Below are positions 17,423 through 27,069 of a stretch of DNA of 64,000 bases, piece by piece. Under the pieces are notes generated by a model. It was not told where the DNA came from and did no database searches. It saw only the letters and a list, made by a program, of their open reading frames with translations. Source of the DNA: a virus (lineage: Duplodnaviria; Caudoviricetes); the IMG/VR virus record IMGVR_UViG_3300014204_000154, positions 19,666 to 83,665 of that record; one strand, given 5' to 3'. The position numbers and the translations under genes are program-made. Positions within the stretch are counted from its first letter, which is position 1. Every line of letters begins with the position of its first letter.

Positions 17423-17645
17423 CGTCTCTCTCCGCTAATAACTGGCGAAGATACATGGCTGCATCTAATATCTCCTGATAAGCATCCATCAACGCATCCC
17501 GACCATTGTGCGATTCCAGCGTTGTGCCATACTTTTTTATGCCAACATAATTTCTCTGTTTTAAATCATTAATCACTAGTGGCAGGATCGCGTCTTTTCC
17601 GACGATTGGCATTGGTTCTTTCTTTGATGCATCTTTTTTTGTCAT
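17415..17645 (-). CDS. MazG-like all-alpha nucleotide pyrophosphohydrolase-type phage protein
   Basis: GIKKYGTTL...DAYQEILDAAMYL. Confidence 0.6.
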   Translation of the reverse strand: MTKKDASKKEPMPIVGKDAILPLVINDLKQRNYVGIKKYGTTLESHNGRDALMDAYQEILDAAMYLRQLLAERDDG

Positions 17646-18292
17646 GATGGACTCCCACTTTTCTCATCCATTTCACGCAAAGCTGCTTTTGTCATTCTAG
17701 CCAGCTCTATTGGGTCTTCTTTATCATTCTTTCCACCACCATTTCCGTTGCCAAAACTGTCCGAGACCAAGCCTACGTGGCGCGCGACAAGATTCAGTGA
17801 ATCTTGCTTGTTGTACGTGCGAAACTTGATTCCAACCCCATAATTACCAGGAATGATTTGTATTTCCGAAATAACAGCCACTTGGTCTCTTGTTAGCTCA
17901 TCGAATGGTTTTAATATAAAATTATTTCCATCCCAATCAGAAATATCTTTCATATTTTGAAACGCTATAAGGGATAGCTCCTTTAGGACTCTCTCTTGGG
18001 TTATTTCGACCGCTTTAGCTCTTTTGTCCATTCCCTCCGCTATTAACTGTTGTACATCTGGTCTCTGGAAAGCTCTGTTGGCTTGTATCCTATCTTCCTG
18101 ATTTGTGAACTTTCCATAACCACATCTCTCCCATGCTTTATATATATTCAAATCGACTAGATATTCATCCACAAACCTCTTGATTTTAAAGTATTTTTTT
18201 TGGTTTGTGGGGTTCTTAAAGTCATGGCGTTGTTTGGGTTTTATTGGCTCCGGGATGGGATTAGATTGCGTATTGTCTCGGTAGATTCTCAT
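17642..18292 (-). CDS. terS: terminase small subunit
   Basis: FVDEYLVDLN..KA..R.GY HTH; ITQERVLKELSLIAF; KQDSLNLVARHVGL. Confidence 0.9.
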   Translation of the reverse strand: MRIYRDNTQSNPIPEPIKPKQRHDFKNPTNQKKYFKIKRFVDEYLVDLNIYKAWERCGYGKFTNQEDRIQANRAFQRPDVQQLIAEGMDKRAKAVEITQERVLKELSLIAFQNMKDISDWDGNNFILKPFDELTRDQVAVISEIQIIPGNYGVGIKFRTYNKQDSLNLVARHVGLVSDSFGNGNGGGKNDKEDPIELARMTKAALREMDEKSGSPS

Positions 18293-18528
18293 ACAAACGA
18301 ATTTAACCGATAATTGGTTATAAATAAAGATATTTTAGATATCTTTTCCTGGATAATTTCCGGAAATCTTTTCCTGGCATTTATAAATATATAAAATTAC
18401 TTAGAAATCATCCACAGGATTTTATAAGCAGGATACATGCGATAACATTTATAACCGTTACGCCATGACTTATATTATATGATTTTATTTCGTTGATCTT
18501 CTGTAAACATGATGCGCTCCTTTTTGAT
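18293..18528. other. AT-rich intergenic region with short direct repeats upstream of terS
   Basis: ATCTTTTCCTGG twice; several TTATAA units; visibly more AT-rich than coding DNA. Confidence 0.5.
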
Positions 18529-18565
18529 AAAAAAGAAGGGGTGGCTTGTCGCGTCCACCCCTTCT
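18529..18565 (-). terminator. rho-independent terminator
   Basis: AGAAGGGGTGG/CCACCCCTTCT stem + T6 on minus strand. Confidence 0.85.
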
Positions 18566-18606
18566 CTCCCTTCTTCCCCTTGGGCTGGTAATGCGATGAC
18601 CAATGG

Positions 18607-18792
18607 CTATTTGGCCGCTTTGCCCAGGGACTGGAGCTTGATGTTCTTGATGATCGGTGCTACCTGGGCGATCCCTGCCCGGAGACGAACGCCGGCCGCT
18701 TTGTTGCCCTTGTCTACCTTGGTGCCATGATCTTTGGCGTCCTGTAAAACGGCGATTGCATCATCCAACTGTTCAACGATTGTTTTGGGCAT
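18607..18792 (-). CDS. histone H1-like (Hc1-family) small protein
   Basis: KVDKGNKAAGVRLR motif; GC-rich codons; AAGGAGG SD; followed by a terminator. Confidence 0.75.
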   Translation of the reverse strand: MPKTIVEQLDDAIAVLQDAKDHGTKVDKGNKAAGVRLRAGIAQVAPIIKNIKLQSLGKAAK

Positions 18793-18833
18793 CTTCTTCT
18801 TTCCTCCTTCATTCGTTCATTCGTTTTGGTTTT

Positions 18834-19058
18834 TTACATCTGGAAATCACTGCCATCAAAGGAAAACGTGACCTTGGGCTTGTATGCGAAGATCCGGCGA
18901 TCATCGACCATGGTTTGACCCCATTCCATCCGGATTCCTACCGGCCGCAAACCCGTCTTTGTTTCGAATTCCTCCAGGATTGGCTCCAGTTTCTCCTTGA
19001 GCATCCTGACGTCTTCCCTCAACTCCGGATATTTCGTCTTTTCCCCCATTTCAATCAC
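18834..19058 (-). CDS. hypothetical protein
   Basis: 74 aa, coupled. Confidence 0.65.
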   Translation of the reverse strand: MIEMGEKTKYPELREDVRMLKEKLEPILEEFETKTGLRPVGIRMEWGQTMVDDRRIFAYKPKVTFSFDGSDFQM

Positions 19059-19233
19059 GCTCCTTTGTTCCTACCGTGTTTGTTTCCCTCAGCCATGGCT
19101 TCGGATGGCTGGCCCCTTTATGATCGCCTCCATCCATTCCTTGCCCCGATCCTTTACAGTTGGGGCACGTTCTTAATCCGTATGATTTCAGCTTCAAATA
19201 ACCATTACCCTCACACCAGATGCATCGCTTCAT
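19051..19233 (-). CDS. DnaJ-type Zn-finger small protein
   Basis: CIWCEGNG...CPNCKGSG. Confidence 0.65.
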   Translation of the reverse strand: MKRCIWCEGNGYLKLKSYGLRTCPNCKGSGQGMDGGDHKGASHPKPWLRETNTVGTKERD

Positions 19234-19258
19234 TCCTCCTTTCCTTTCGCCATCATTG

Positions 19259-20602
19259 TCATTGTTCCGTCTTCTTCATGATCAGGGCGGCGGCCAATTC
19301 CAGCCATGAGCTGTCCATAATCCCATCTATAACCTTTCTTATCTGTTTCTCAATCCTCTTGCCATCAACTTCCAGGGAGAGAAAGACGGATTTTGGCAAC
19401 GGTTTCTTTCTTTCATAATGATACTCTTTGGATTCCTTGAATTTCAAACCATCCATCGGCGACCTCGATGCGATGCCGCCCTTGGCATTGTCCCAGTAAT
19501 TCCAAAGAACAGCAAATGGCGGCCAATCTGAATAGGATGAATCAAATATCGGTTTGATGTTACAATGGCACCGAAATCTGGGCAGTGGCGGAGGAGGAGG
19601 GACCTGTTTGTAAAAATAATCAAAATAACTCTTCGCCGTCAAATCATTTCCGGTAAAACATGGAGGAAATGCCAATTCCGTTTTCAACAGACTTTCCTCT
19701 TCCTTCTTCCGGATCTCCTGCGCCCGATCCTTGCAAATGTCAATCGCTGGACCAATCCACGACTGAGCACCGCAATCACATCCCTCCACCAGTTTCTCCT
19801 GGCATTTCTCCAGCGTCTTCCGGATATAGGCCCATTCTGCCGCTTCCAACTCCGGACCTGTAAAATCCTTGAACGCCTTATGCTCGGCGATATGAGGAGT
19901 GACGATCAACCCCATGAATTCCTTGTTCGGATCATAAGGATTGAATGACGGATCGGAGAAATTTTTTGAAAAGAAGGCTGGATAATCCTTCCGTGGGTTT
20001 TCCTTATCCAGCCTTGAACAACTATTTGCGTTTCTTACCACAAGACATCTCTTGCAACCAACGCCCATCTTCAAGGCCAGATCATAGATCTCCTCATAAT
20101 CGTCCGCATTGGTCAATTTCCTATTTTCAATCGCATCTCTCAATGCTCCTGCATTTTCTCCGCCACATTCCGCCATAACCTTGATGCGGACCATTCCCCC
20201 ACCAATGCTCACAATGGAAATCAATGCTGGGATTTGATTGCCATCTTTGATTGGGATTTGGATAACCCGAAGATAATAAGAGCTTCCGCCGGCCCAACGA
20301 GGATTGAAACGAGGATCTGAAAATGTCGCCATATGCCGATCAAAAAGATCGGAATCCAAACTGGCCTTTTTCCCTTCCCACCAGATATATCGGTTATTCA
20401 TGACAACCAAATCGGATTCGCTGCCAAACCCGACTTGAAGGGCTATGGCGTAGATATTTAGCAATGAATCCTTCTCTGTTATTTTTCTTCTTTTGATCTC
20501 ATCGATCAATTTGTCTACATTGTAGCCATTGCTCCCGGCGACAACCTTGATAACCGTCTTCCCATCCTTATCTACCAATGAAAGCAATCCTTGCGTTGCC
20601 AT
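19259..20602 (-). CDS. hypothetical protein with two tandem homologous N-terminal domains
   Basis: IKVVAGSNG...IYAIALQVG...FSDPRFNP versus IKVMAECGG...IYDLALKMG...FSDPSFNP; start moved to MATQG. Confidence 0.75.
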   Translation of the reverse strand: MATQGLLSLVDKDGKTVIKVVAGSNGYNVDKLIDEIKRRKITEKDSLLNIYAIALQVGFGSESDLVVMNNRYIWWEGKKASLDSDLFDRHMATFSDPRFNPRWAGGSSYYLRVIQIPIKDGNQIPALISIVSIGGGMVRIKVMAECGGENAGALRDAIENRKLTNADDYEEIYDLALKMGVGCKRCLVVRNANSCSRLDKENPRKDYPAFFSKNFSDPSFNPYDPNKEFMGLIVTPHIAEHKAFKDFTGPELEAAEWAYIRKTLEKCQEKLVEGCDCGAQSWIGPAIDICKDRAQEIRKKEEESLLKTELAFPPCFTGNDLTAKSYFDYFYKQVPPPPPLPRFRCHCNIKPIFDSSYSDWPPFAVLWNYWDNAKGGIASRSPMDGLKFKESKEYHYERKKPLPKSVFLSLEVDGKRIEKQIRKVIDGIMDSSWLELAAALIMKKTEQ

Positions 20603-20704
20603 TGTCTCACTCCTTTTCTTTCTACCATCCAATTAATACCCCGACCAAGATTATAAAAATAATTTCTTCCATCGCCAATCTCCCGGTTGGTTCTTTGGAA
20701 AGAA

Positions 20705-21244
20705 TTACATCTTTATCTTTTTCAGAATGTCCAGAATCTCCTTGATTTTTCGGCGAAGATAAGGTTCAAGGGGTTCATAAATCTTCCTCTTTCGTTCCCC
20801 CTCCTCAATATAATCCCTTTCATCATTCACATTGTTCCAAATCTCGATGCCACAGAATTCCAAAACTATCATGTTACAAGCCGTTTTGGTAAGGAGAAAC
20901 GTTGGACGAAATCCTTCCGATGAGATCTGATGGAAAATGTCCCGGTTGATCCTCCAAATAACTTCCACCACTTCATTGAAGGCGCTTTCTGGAGATTCGC
21001 GCATATCACTGATACAAAGCTGATCTTCATTGCCGATAAAAAACTTTGATACATCCTCTTTGCGATATTCATTCCATTTTCCACCAAGCAACTTTTCGCT
21101 GACCATCATATCTCCGAAAAAACTACGCCGAAAACCATTAAAACCATAAATGCCGCTAGGTTCTTTTCGAAGATAAACTTCAGTCCCTTTCTGATTACGA
21201 TATTGATGTCGCAAAAGCCATTGAATCATCGCTTCTTTTTTCAT
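20705..21244 (-). CDS. hypothetical protein
   Basis: 179 aa. Confidence 0.7.
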   Translation of the reverse strand: MKKEAMIQWLLRHQYRNQKGTEVYLRKEPSGIYGFNGFRRSFFGDMMVSEKLLGGKWNEYRKEDVSKFFIGNEDQLCISDMRESPESAFNEVVEVIWRINRDIFHQISSEGFRPTFLLTKTACNMIVLEFCGIEIWNNVNDERDYIEEGERKRKIYEPLEPYLRRKIKEILDILKKIKM

Positions 21245-21258
21245 CCATCAACCCTCTT

Positions 21259-21786
21259 TCATCTTGTCCATCCCGGCCTTTCAACTCTAGCCGCCACGGT
21301 TGCCCCACATTCGTCGCAAACTCTCCCGGCGAAGCCAACCCGATGCGTCTCAACATTTTCCTTGCCGCAATAGTTGCAACGGCGCTGACCAGCTGTTATC
21401 TTCTCCCAATCATAAAACTCAGGAGGAATAATGGCCAGCCCGTCTGGACCCCAAATGTTAATATCCACTCGATACTCGTATTTGGCACAAACTCCGGTGC
21501 GAGTCAGGATCATGCACTTGAATCCTTCCTTTTCAAGATCCGTTGCCCGTTCCAATGATTCATTATCGAAAGACGGTTTGATGCTCCATCCATCGGCAAC
21601 CATCGCTTCCCGGAATTGAACTGCCTTCTCATAATACTCTTTGTCATTTGTCAAACCGAATTTGTCAGCCACTTTTCTGACCTCCTTTTCCGGTATTATA
21701 ACCGCTCCCGGTGGGAATTGCGGAAATAAATTTAGGGCAACTGTCTTTTCACCCCTTCTTGACGGGACAACAACAATCTTTTTCAT
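21259..21786 (-). CDS. hypothetical protein with C-terminal Zn ribbon
   Basis: CNYC...CDEC; possible internal GTG start after AAGGAGG. Confidence 0.7.
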   Translation of the reverse strand: MKKIVVVPSRRGEKTVALNLFPQFPPGAVIIPEKEVRKVADKFGLTNDKEYYEKAVQFREAMVADGWSIKPSFDNESLERATDLEKEGFKCMILTRTGVCAKYEYRVDINIWGPDGLAIIPPEFYDWEKITAGQRRCNYCGKENVETHRVGFAGRVCDECGATVAARVERPGWTR

Positions 21787-22349
21787 CTCTTCTCGGTCAC
21801 CAGATAATACAATTCCCTGGCCTTCTGCGCATCATACAACGCATCATGAAGTTTGGTTGCATCGTATGGGATCTTGAAATATTCCAGCGCAGTTTCCAAT
21901 TTAAAATTCCGGACCTCTTGCCGCCGTCCAACCAGATATTGCATCGCCAGAACCATGACGTCAATGGGCGGGTGCCAGAACCATGACCCATAATAATCGT
22001 CACCGTTCTTCAACCACCACTGCCTCATCACTTCGGCGTCGAATTCCGCCCCGTAGTTGATGAAATAAAACTTGTCCTTCTTGTCGAATTTGTCAACAAA
22101 CCTTCCCAACATCTCCTGAAATTGACCGAAGATCCTTCCCGGATCTGGCTTGGCGGCCAGCGCTTCAATGCTCAATTTATGCATCTCAAGCGCTTCTTTG
22201 TTGACTTCGTCTTCGCTGAAGATATCGCATTCCAAAAGGAATTCTTCGCAACGCTTCCCGACCTCGATAATGCCGCCAATTTGCCAGACTCCGCAGGTCA
22301 TTCGATTAACGCTTGTGGTTTCTGTATCCAAAAATATTCTTTTCACCAT
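21783..22349 (-). CDS. dnaQ: DEDDh 3'-5' exonuclease (Pol III epsilon-like)
   Basis: IFLDTETT, YGAEFD, HDALYDA. Confidence 0.88.
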   Translation of the reverse strand: MVKRIFLDTETTSVNRMTCGVWQIGGIIEVGKRCEEFLLECDIFSEDEVNKEALEMHKLSIEALAAKPDPGRIFGQFQEMLGRFVDKFDKKDKFYFINYGAEFDAEVMRQWWLKNGDDYYGSWFWHPPIDVMVLAMQYLVGRRQEVRNFKLETALEYFKIPYDATKLHDALYDAQKARELYYLVTEKR

Positions 22350-22431
22350 GTTGCAACTCCCTTCTGATCTTCATCAATAAACGTCCAAGGTGATTATATC
22401 CCCGATTTTTACAAACCCTGAAATTCCCGAA

Positions 22432-22974
22432 TCATAATAAAGCCTCATCAATTGATCCTGTTTCCATAAACTGATTAACCATTTGACAAGTAGGGCAAAC
22501 CCGATCATACAACCGACCATCCGCAGAACGGATCTTGGATTCAAAAGACTTCTCGCAACGTAAACAGAGAGTCAAGACCGTTCCAAAACTCTCCGTTTTC
22601 CGCACCATCTTCCGCTTTTTTCTTTGATAAGGATCTTTCCCTGCCTTCCTTCGACAAAGAAGACACCAGTCATCAGATTCATCTGGTTCCTTCTCCGGCT
22701 CTGCCCCCGGCTTTCGAATCCTGAAAAGGTTGATGGGCAGCGACTTCCCGCACTTGGGACAAGGCCGTTTGCGACCATAGTTGTTGATTTTCAGAATGTC
22801 CTTGCGAATCAGGCACACATCCTTGATTGTCATCTCGCAAATGCCGGCAATCTCCGCATCTGTCTTCCCTTGATTCAAGACCAGATCGCGGATCTTATCG
22901 TGCAATTCTACGTTTGACAGGCTTGGCGACTTCTGTTGGTTCTCCCTCAATTCTTCTGGCATCGGCGCACTCAC
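22432..22974 (-). CDS. HTH + Zn-finger putative transcription regulator
   Basis: GKTDAEIAGICEMT HTH; CPKC, CLLC, CLRC...CPTC; GGGGATATAAT downstream. Confidence 0.65.
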   Translation of the reverse strand: MSAPMPEELRENQQKSPSLSNVELHDKIRDLVLNQGKTDAEIAGICEMTIKDVCLIRKDILKINNYGRKRPCPKCGKSLPINLFRIRKPGAEPEKEPDESDDWCLLCRRKAGKDPYQRKKRKMVRKTESFGTVLTLCLRCEKSFESKIRSADGRLYDRVCPTCQMVNQFMETGSIDEALL

Positions 22975-23596
22975 CCTTGATACATTTCACCAGGGATTTT
23001 GTCCCATCGTGGCTTATCTGATAAACCTTATCGCCAATTTCAATCAATTCATCGTCATGTGTGATGATAATCAATTGGATTCCCAACCCGTGAGAGATTT
23101 CCCTGAGAACTTTACCGCCCAGAGTAATCATCTTGCCCATATTTTTCAATGGTTCGTCAAGGATGATAACTGGACGGCAAGGTGGTTTTTGAAGAGACAA
23201 AAGAACAACCCGAAAGGCGAAGGAAATGATATCAAGAAGACCGCCGCCAACGTCATACTCCGGATCATCATATGTATTTGTAACATCCTTGTCCCCTTCA
23301 GAGATAACCGGCCGACACTCCAGCTTGTTTCTCTTCCGTTCAAATTCCAGCTGAAAGGAAAACGGCCGATCAAAAACGCTCCGGATTGCGCTGGTCACCA
23401 ACGTTTCAACCTTGGCCTTAAAACGCAGCTGAGTTTGCTTCGCAACTTCGGTTATCGCCCACCTTGCTTTTATCTGCCGCGCAACGTCTTCCCGTAATGA
23501 GACAAGAGTGGCGTTCTTTTGGCGCAGGTTGGTTTGAAGGATGTCCCTTTGGGCCGTTACCCGCGTCAATGTATCAACAACGTCCTGAGTGGTCAT
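22895..23596 (-). CDS. SbcC/Rad50-like ATPase, C-terminal half
   Basis: Signature-like VGGGLLDIISFAFR, Walker B IILDEP, IIITHD. Confidence 0.85.
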   Translation of the reverse strand: MTTQDVVDTLTRVTAQRDILQTNLRQKNATLVSLREDVARQIKARWAITEVAKQTQLRFKAKVETLVTSAIRSVFDRPFSFQLEFERKRNKLECRPVISEGDKDVTNTYDDPEYDVGGGLLDIISFAFRVVLLSLQKPPCRPVIILDEPLKNMGKMITLGGKVLREISHGLGIQLIIITHDDELIEIGDKVYQISHDGTKSLVKCIKGECADARRIEGEPTEVAKPVKRRIAR

Positions 23597-23629
23597 TTTA
23601 TGAACGATCCTTTCCCTGCCGAATCGTGC

Positions 23630-23905
23630 TCAAATGCGGTATTTTGAAAGCTTCTCTTCCGCCTCTTTCAACAATTCCGCCCTTTGCTCCGTGGCAATCT
23701 CAATATCTGCCTTCATCTGTTCCAGAAGGGCATAAGCGCCATCCAAGTCTTTGACCCCAAATTCCTTGATCAATCGGTCAAGGATTGACTTCAACGCCCC
23801 TTCCCCTTGAGCCTTTTCGGTCTTGATTTTTTCAATCGTCGCCTTCAGACTCTCCAAAATCTTGGCTTCTCTTTGATTATCGATCTTTTCCATTTTTCTC
23901 TCCAA
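23630..23905 (-). CDS. coiled-coil protein, probable SbcC arm segment
   Basis: Heptad-rich 91 aa between SbcD and the SbcC C-terminal half. Confidence 0.65.
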   Translation of the reverse strand: MERKMEKIDNQREAKILESLKATIEKIKTEKAQGEGALKSILDRLIKEFGVKDLDGAYALLEQMKADIEIATEQRAELLKEAEEKLSKYRI

Positions 23906-24863
23906 TCTTCGCTTGAAGGTCCGTTATTATTTCAGCCAGCAAATCTATAACACCCTGATCAATATTATTGTTTCTGATGAATTCCCAAAGATTCTCGACA
24001 AAAGAAACGCCATCGCCAACGTCCTCCATTTCCGGGTGCGCTTCCTTCATCGAACCGACAAACTCATCCAGAAGGTTCTGGGCCGCAATTTTCTTCTCAA
24101 TATGAGCCCTGCTCAGGATATCTTCGGCCGGTACGCAAGGAATATCAATCCATTCTAATTCTCCGTTGTCTGTATTCAAAATAGCCAATCCCGGACGATG
24201 AATGAAATTGTATTCCGTAGCTTCCAACCGGAGCAATGGCCCCGTATTCAGTATGCGCCGCCCAGCCTTCCCCTCCACGTTAAACGACTGCGGCATGTCC
24301 ATGTAAAACATGCGGTGGATATCGCCGCAAAGAATGAAATCATATGAACTGTTTTCCTCAATAAAATCTGATGGCTTCGAAAAGACGTGCCCCGGATACA
24401 TTGCCCTGTCAGAAATTGATGCGTGGATAACGCCCAACGTGAAGCCATTGCGCATCACCTTGCCCAATTTCTGGCCGAAATTCGCACCGAATATTTGAAC
24501 CTTCCCCCCACCTAAGATCGCCGGGCAATCCGGCCGCAGGAGAGTGATCAACCCCGCCTTTGCCAAAATGCCAATATTCGTCCGGTCCCGCGTCTCTTCC
24601 GAATACATATATGTGTCGTGCTGCCCATACACTGCATAATAGTCAACCCCGTGTCGCTTCCAGAACTCTATCAAGACAGGAAGCAATCCCCAGCTTCTCG
24701 GTTTGTCGCAAAGATCCCCCGCTTGAACGATTGGCGCATTGTACCTTTTTGCCGTTTCGAAAACGAAGGCCAGCTTGTCAAACTGAGTTTCTATCAGGTT
24801 ATCCTGACGGGCAACCGGATTATCGAAAACCAAATGAACATCAGAAATAAGCGCCAGATTCAT
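23877..24863 (-). CDS. sbcD: SbcD/Mre11-like metallophosphoesterase nuclease
   Basis: SDVH, AGDL, GQHD, GDIH, LNTG motifs. Confidence 0.9.
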   Translation of the reverse strand: MNLALISDVHLVFDNPVARQDNLIETQFDKLAFVFETAKRYNAPIVQAGDLCDKPRSWGLLPVLIEFWKRHGVDYYAVYGQHDTYMYSEETRDRTNIGILAKAGLITLLRPDCPAILGGGKVQIFGANFGQKLGKVMRNGFTLGVIHASISDRAMYPGHVFSKPSDFIEENSSYDFILCGDIHRMFYMDMPQSFNVEGKAGRRILNTGPLLRLEATEYNFIHRPGLAILNTDNGELEWIDIPCVPAEDILSRAHIEKKIAAQNLLDEFVGSMKEAHPEMEDVGDGVSFVENLWEFIRNNNIDQGVIDLLAEIITDLQAKIGEKNGKDR

Positions 24864-26107
24864 ATTTCCCTCTCGATTCTTGCCATCTGATCTTCGGTCA
24901 ATTTCTCAGTCAAACATGAGGGGCACTGCCCGATCTTTCTCAAATGTTCAACGTATTGCGCCCTGGAATCGGCCAAACATTTAGACAACGTTGCCCCAGA
25001 CTCCTGCAATTGATTCAAATCCTTTGTCAAGGAAAACAGAATCATCATTTTCGTCCGGTCAACCTTCGCCTTGTCTATTTTATCCTGAATCAAAGAAAGG
25101 TCTAAAATTTCCTTCCCCAATACTTCTTGACGCTGAGACAACGCTTTGCCTCTCTCGCAAAGAGATATGAAAGAATCATTCCGATTTCCAGTATAAATCG
25201 AATCTTCCAGCTGAACCAGAACGACTTCCAACGATTGATAATTCAACCCCGTAATCTTCAACGCTCCCGCTTCGTATTCCGACAATATTGAAACAAGCCG
25301 ATCATACTTGTTGATCTCAGCTTGCAATTTATCTATCTTGATAAGGTATCTTTCACAACGCGCAAATTCTTCAATCCTGTCCTGACTCCTTCTTTTCGTC
25401 TCGTACTCAACCAATAATGCGTCAAGAATCTTCTCCCTTTGAACCAATTTATTCAAATTGGCCGATATGGCAGAAAGATCCGCAACAATCCTTCTTGTCT
25501 CCTCAAGATCGGAATATAATTCAAGATCGTCCTGAATCCCTTTTATTTCAGTTTCTAACAATACGATGTTTGCATTATTCTTGTCGATTTTGGAAGTTAA
25601 GGAAGAAACCCATTCATCAGTTTGTTCAAGATTTGTAATCCTGTTGATCGTCCGGGCAATCTCCCCAGCCGAAGTCGCCGAAGAAACCAGAAATGGAGGC
25701 TCAAATTGTCTTTGAAGATTCAAATCAGAAAGGTTAAGGGCGGCGGCAACAACGTCTGGAACATTCTCCCCAACACCATTAAAATCAAAATCCTTTCCCT
25801 CAAAATTGACTTTATAGTTTGTTGATAAAACGTCTTTCTTTCCGCTTTTCGTTTTATGAATCGATTTGATAAGAGAAACGGAAGCGCCGGTCATTCCCAG
25901 ATCAATCCTGGTCTCCCCGTTAAACCCCGCAAAATTGGAAAAGAATTTGCCCCCAGATGGGCGATTCTTCGTCAATAAACGATATGCCCTCAAAATGGAA
26001 GTCTTCCCCACCGTACTTGGACCCTGGATGACATTGACAAATGGAGAAAACTCAAACAACGAATCCTCGTGGGATTGAAAATTTCGAACCCTGAAATATT
26101 TAAACAT
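24860..26107 (-). CDS. sbcC: SbcC/Rad50-like ATPase, N-terminal half with Zn hook
   Basis: RNFQSH, Walker A GPSTVGKT, Q-loop QRQ, C-terminal CPSC. Confidence 0.85.
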   Translation of the reverse strand: MFKYFRVRNFQSHEDSLFEFSPFVNVIQGPSTVGKTSILRAYRLLTKNRPSGGKFFSNFAGFNGETRIDLGMTGASVSLIKSIHKTKSGKKDVLSTNYKVNFEGKDFDFNGVGENVPDVVAAALNLSDLNLQRQFEPPFLVSSATSAGEIARTINRITNLEQTDEWVSSLTSKIDKNNANIVLLETEIKGIQDDLELYSDLEETRRIVADLSAISANLNKLVQREKILDALLVEYETKRRSQDRIEEFARCERYLIKIDKLQAEINKYDRLVSILSEYEAGALKITGLNYQSLEVVLVQLEDSIYTGNRNDSFISLCERGKALSQRQEVLGKEILDLSLIQDKIDKAKVDRTKMMILFSLTKDLNQLQESGATLSKCLADSRAQYVEHLRKIGQCPSCLTEKLTEDQMARIEREI

Positions 26108-26366
26108 TTATCCTCTCCCAACAAACGTCTTTATCGTTCCATTTATACATCAAGCGGATCGAAGGAAGCTCAATAACAAACTGCCGTTTGCCCCCAACTT
26201 CCTTGAGACATTCCATAATATCTTCGAAAGGACCAGCAATCATTCCATATTCATTTATATCGTGCTTGATGCCAATCCCATACCGAACTGGCAACTCAAC
26301 GGGCAATCCTTTTTCCCCCAGGGGATAATACTTGGCTGGAAGGGGTTGATTTTTCTTCTCTGACAT
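26100..26366 (-). CDS. hypothetical protein
   Basis: 88 aa; GGGGTATAAT upstream. Confidence 0.6.
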   Translation of the reverse strand: MSEKKNQPLPAKYYPLGEKGLPVELPVRYGIGIKHDINEYGMIAGPFEDIMECLKEVGGKRQFVIELPSIRLMYKWNDKDVCWERINV

Positions 26367-27069
26367 AATTCGTCTCCGTTGATTCTATTATACCCCTAAT
26401 ATCTGGAATCCACTCAAAAAAATCCTTGAGTGAAAGAATACACATCTTCATCGAAATTTGTATCACAATAGCGCTTGGATATCCGAAGAAGTCCACCAGT
26501 TTCCCAAAGTAACCTCTGGAGAAACAAATGCACGCTTCCCTTCGATTCCTCCGGAAAACCATAACTGGAACCCGATGGGATAATTCAGCATCGCGCAACG
26601 CCTGTTTCCAAAACGTAATAATGACAGCTTCCTTCTGCCTTGAATCAACAATGTCCAGAAGATCCCAAAGGATGAGACTCTTTTTGTCTTTCCATCCAAT
26701 GATCTTCCGCTCAGAATCTGGCTTTTTCTTTTCTCCCTTCTTTGTAGGTTCAAAGATTGGAATTTTTATAACGTCTCCATCCGCATCCTTGACTTTACTC
26801 TTGTCGGCATATCCGGTCTTCAACTCGATGCTCCAACAACGCTCCAGCGGTTTTCCTTCCTCGCAAGTTGCGCAAATGTCTCCGTGTTGGGTTTCCGATT
26901 TCTTCCCATTCTTCAAGCGATTGGTGGCCATTCCGCCAGATCCGGCAGTATGCCAAAACCAATCGTCACTTACCCCCCATGAAAACCAAAGGGATAGTTT
27001 CCTAGAAAATGACCTTTCGAAGTCGCCACCCTTTGACATCATTTCACCCCAAAGAATGATTTCATCCAC
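26296..27069 (-). CDS. Holliday junction resolvase (Hjc-like PD-(D/E)XK)
   Basis: SKGGDFER, GDI, SIELKTGY, W.QA; true start probably 27042/27039. Confidence 0.75.
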   Translation of the reverse strand: MDEIILWGEMMSKGGDFERSFSRKLSLWFSWGVSDDWFWHTAGSGGMATNRLKNGKKSETQHGDICATCEEGKPLERCWSIELKTGYADKSKVKDADGDVIKIPIFEPTKKGEKKKPDSERKIIGWKDKKSLILWDLLDIVDSRQKEAVIITFWKQALRDAELSHRVPVMVFRRNRREACICFSRGYFGKLVDFFGYPSAIVIQISMKMCILSLKDFFEWIPDIRGIIESTETNYVREEKSTPSSQVLSPGGKRIAR

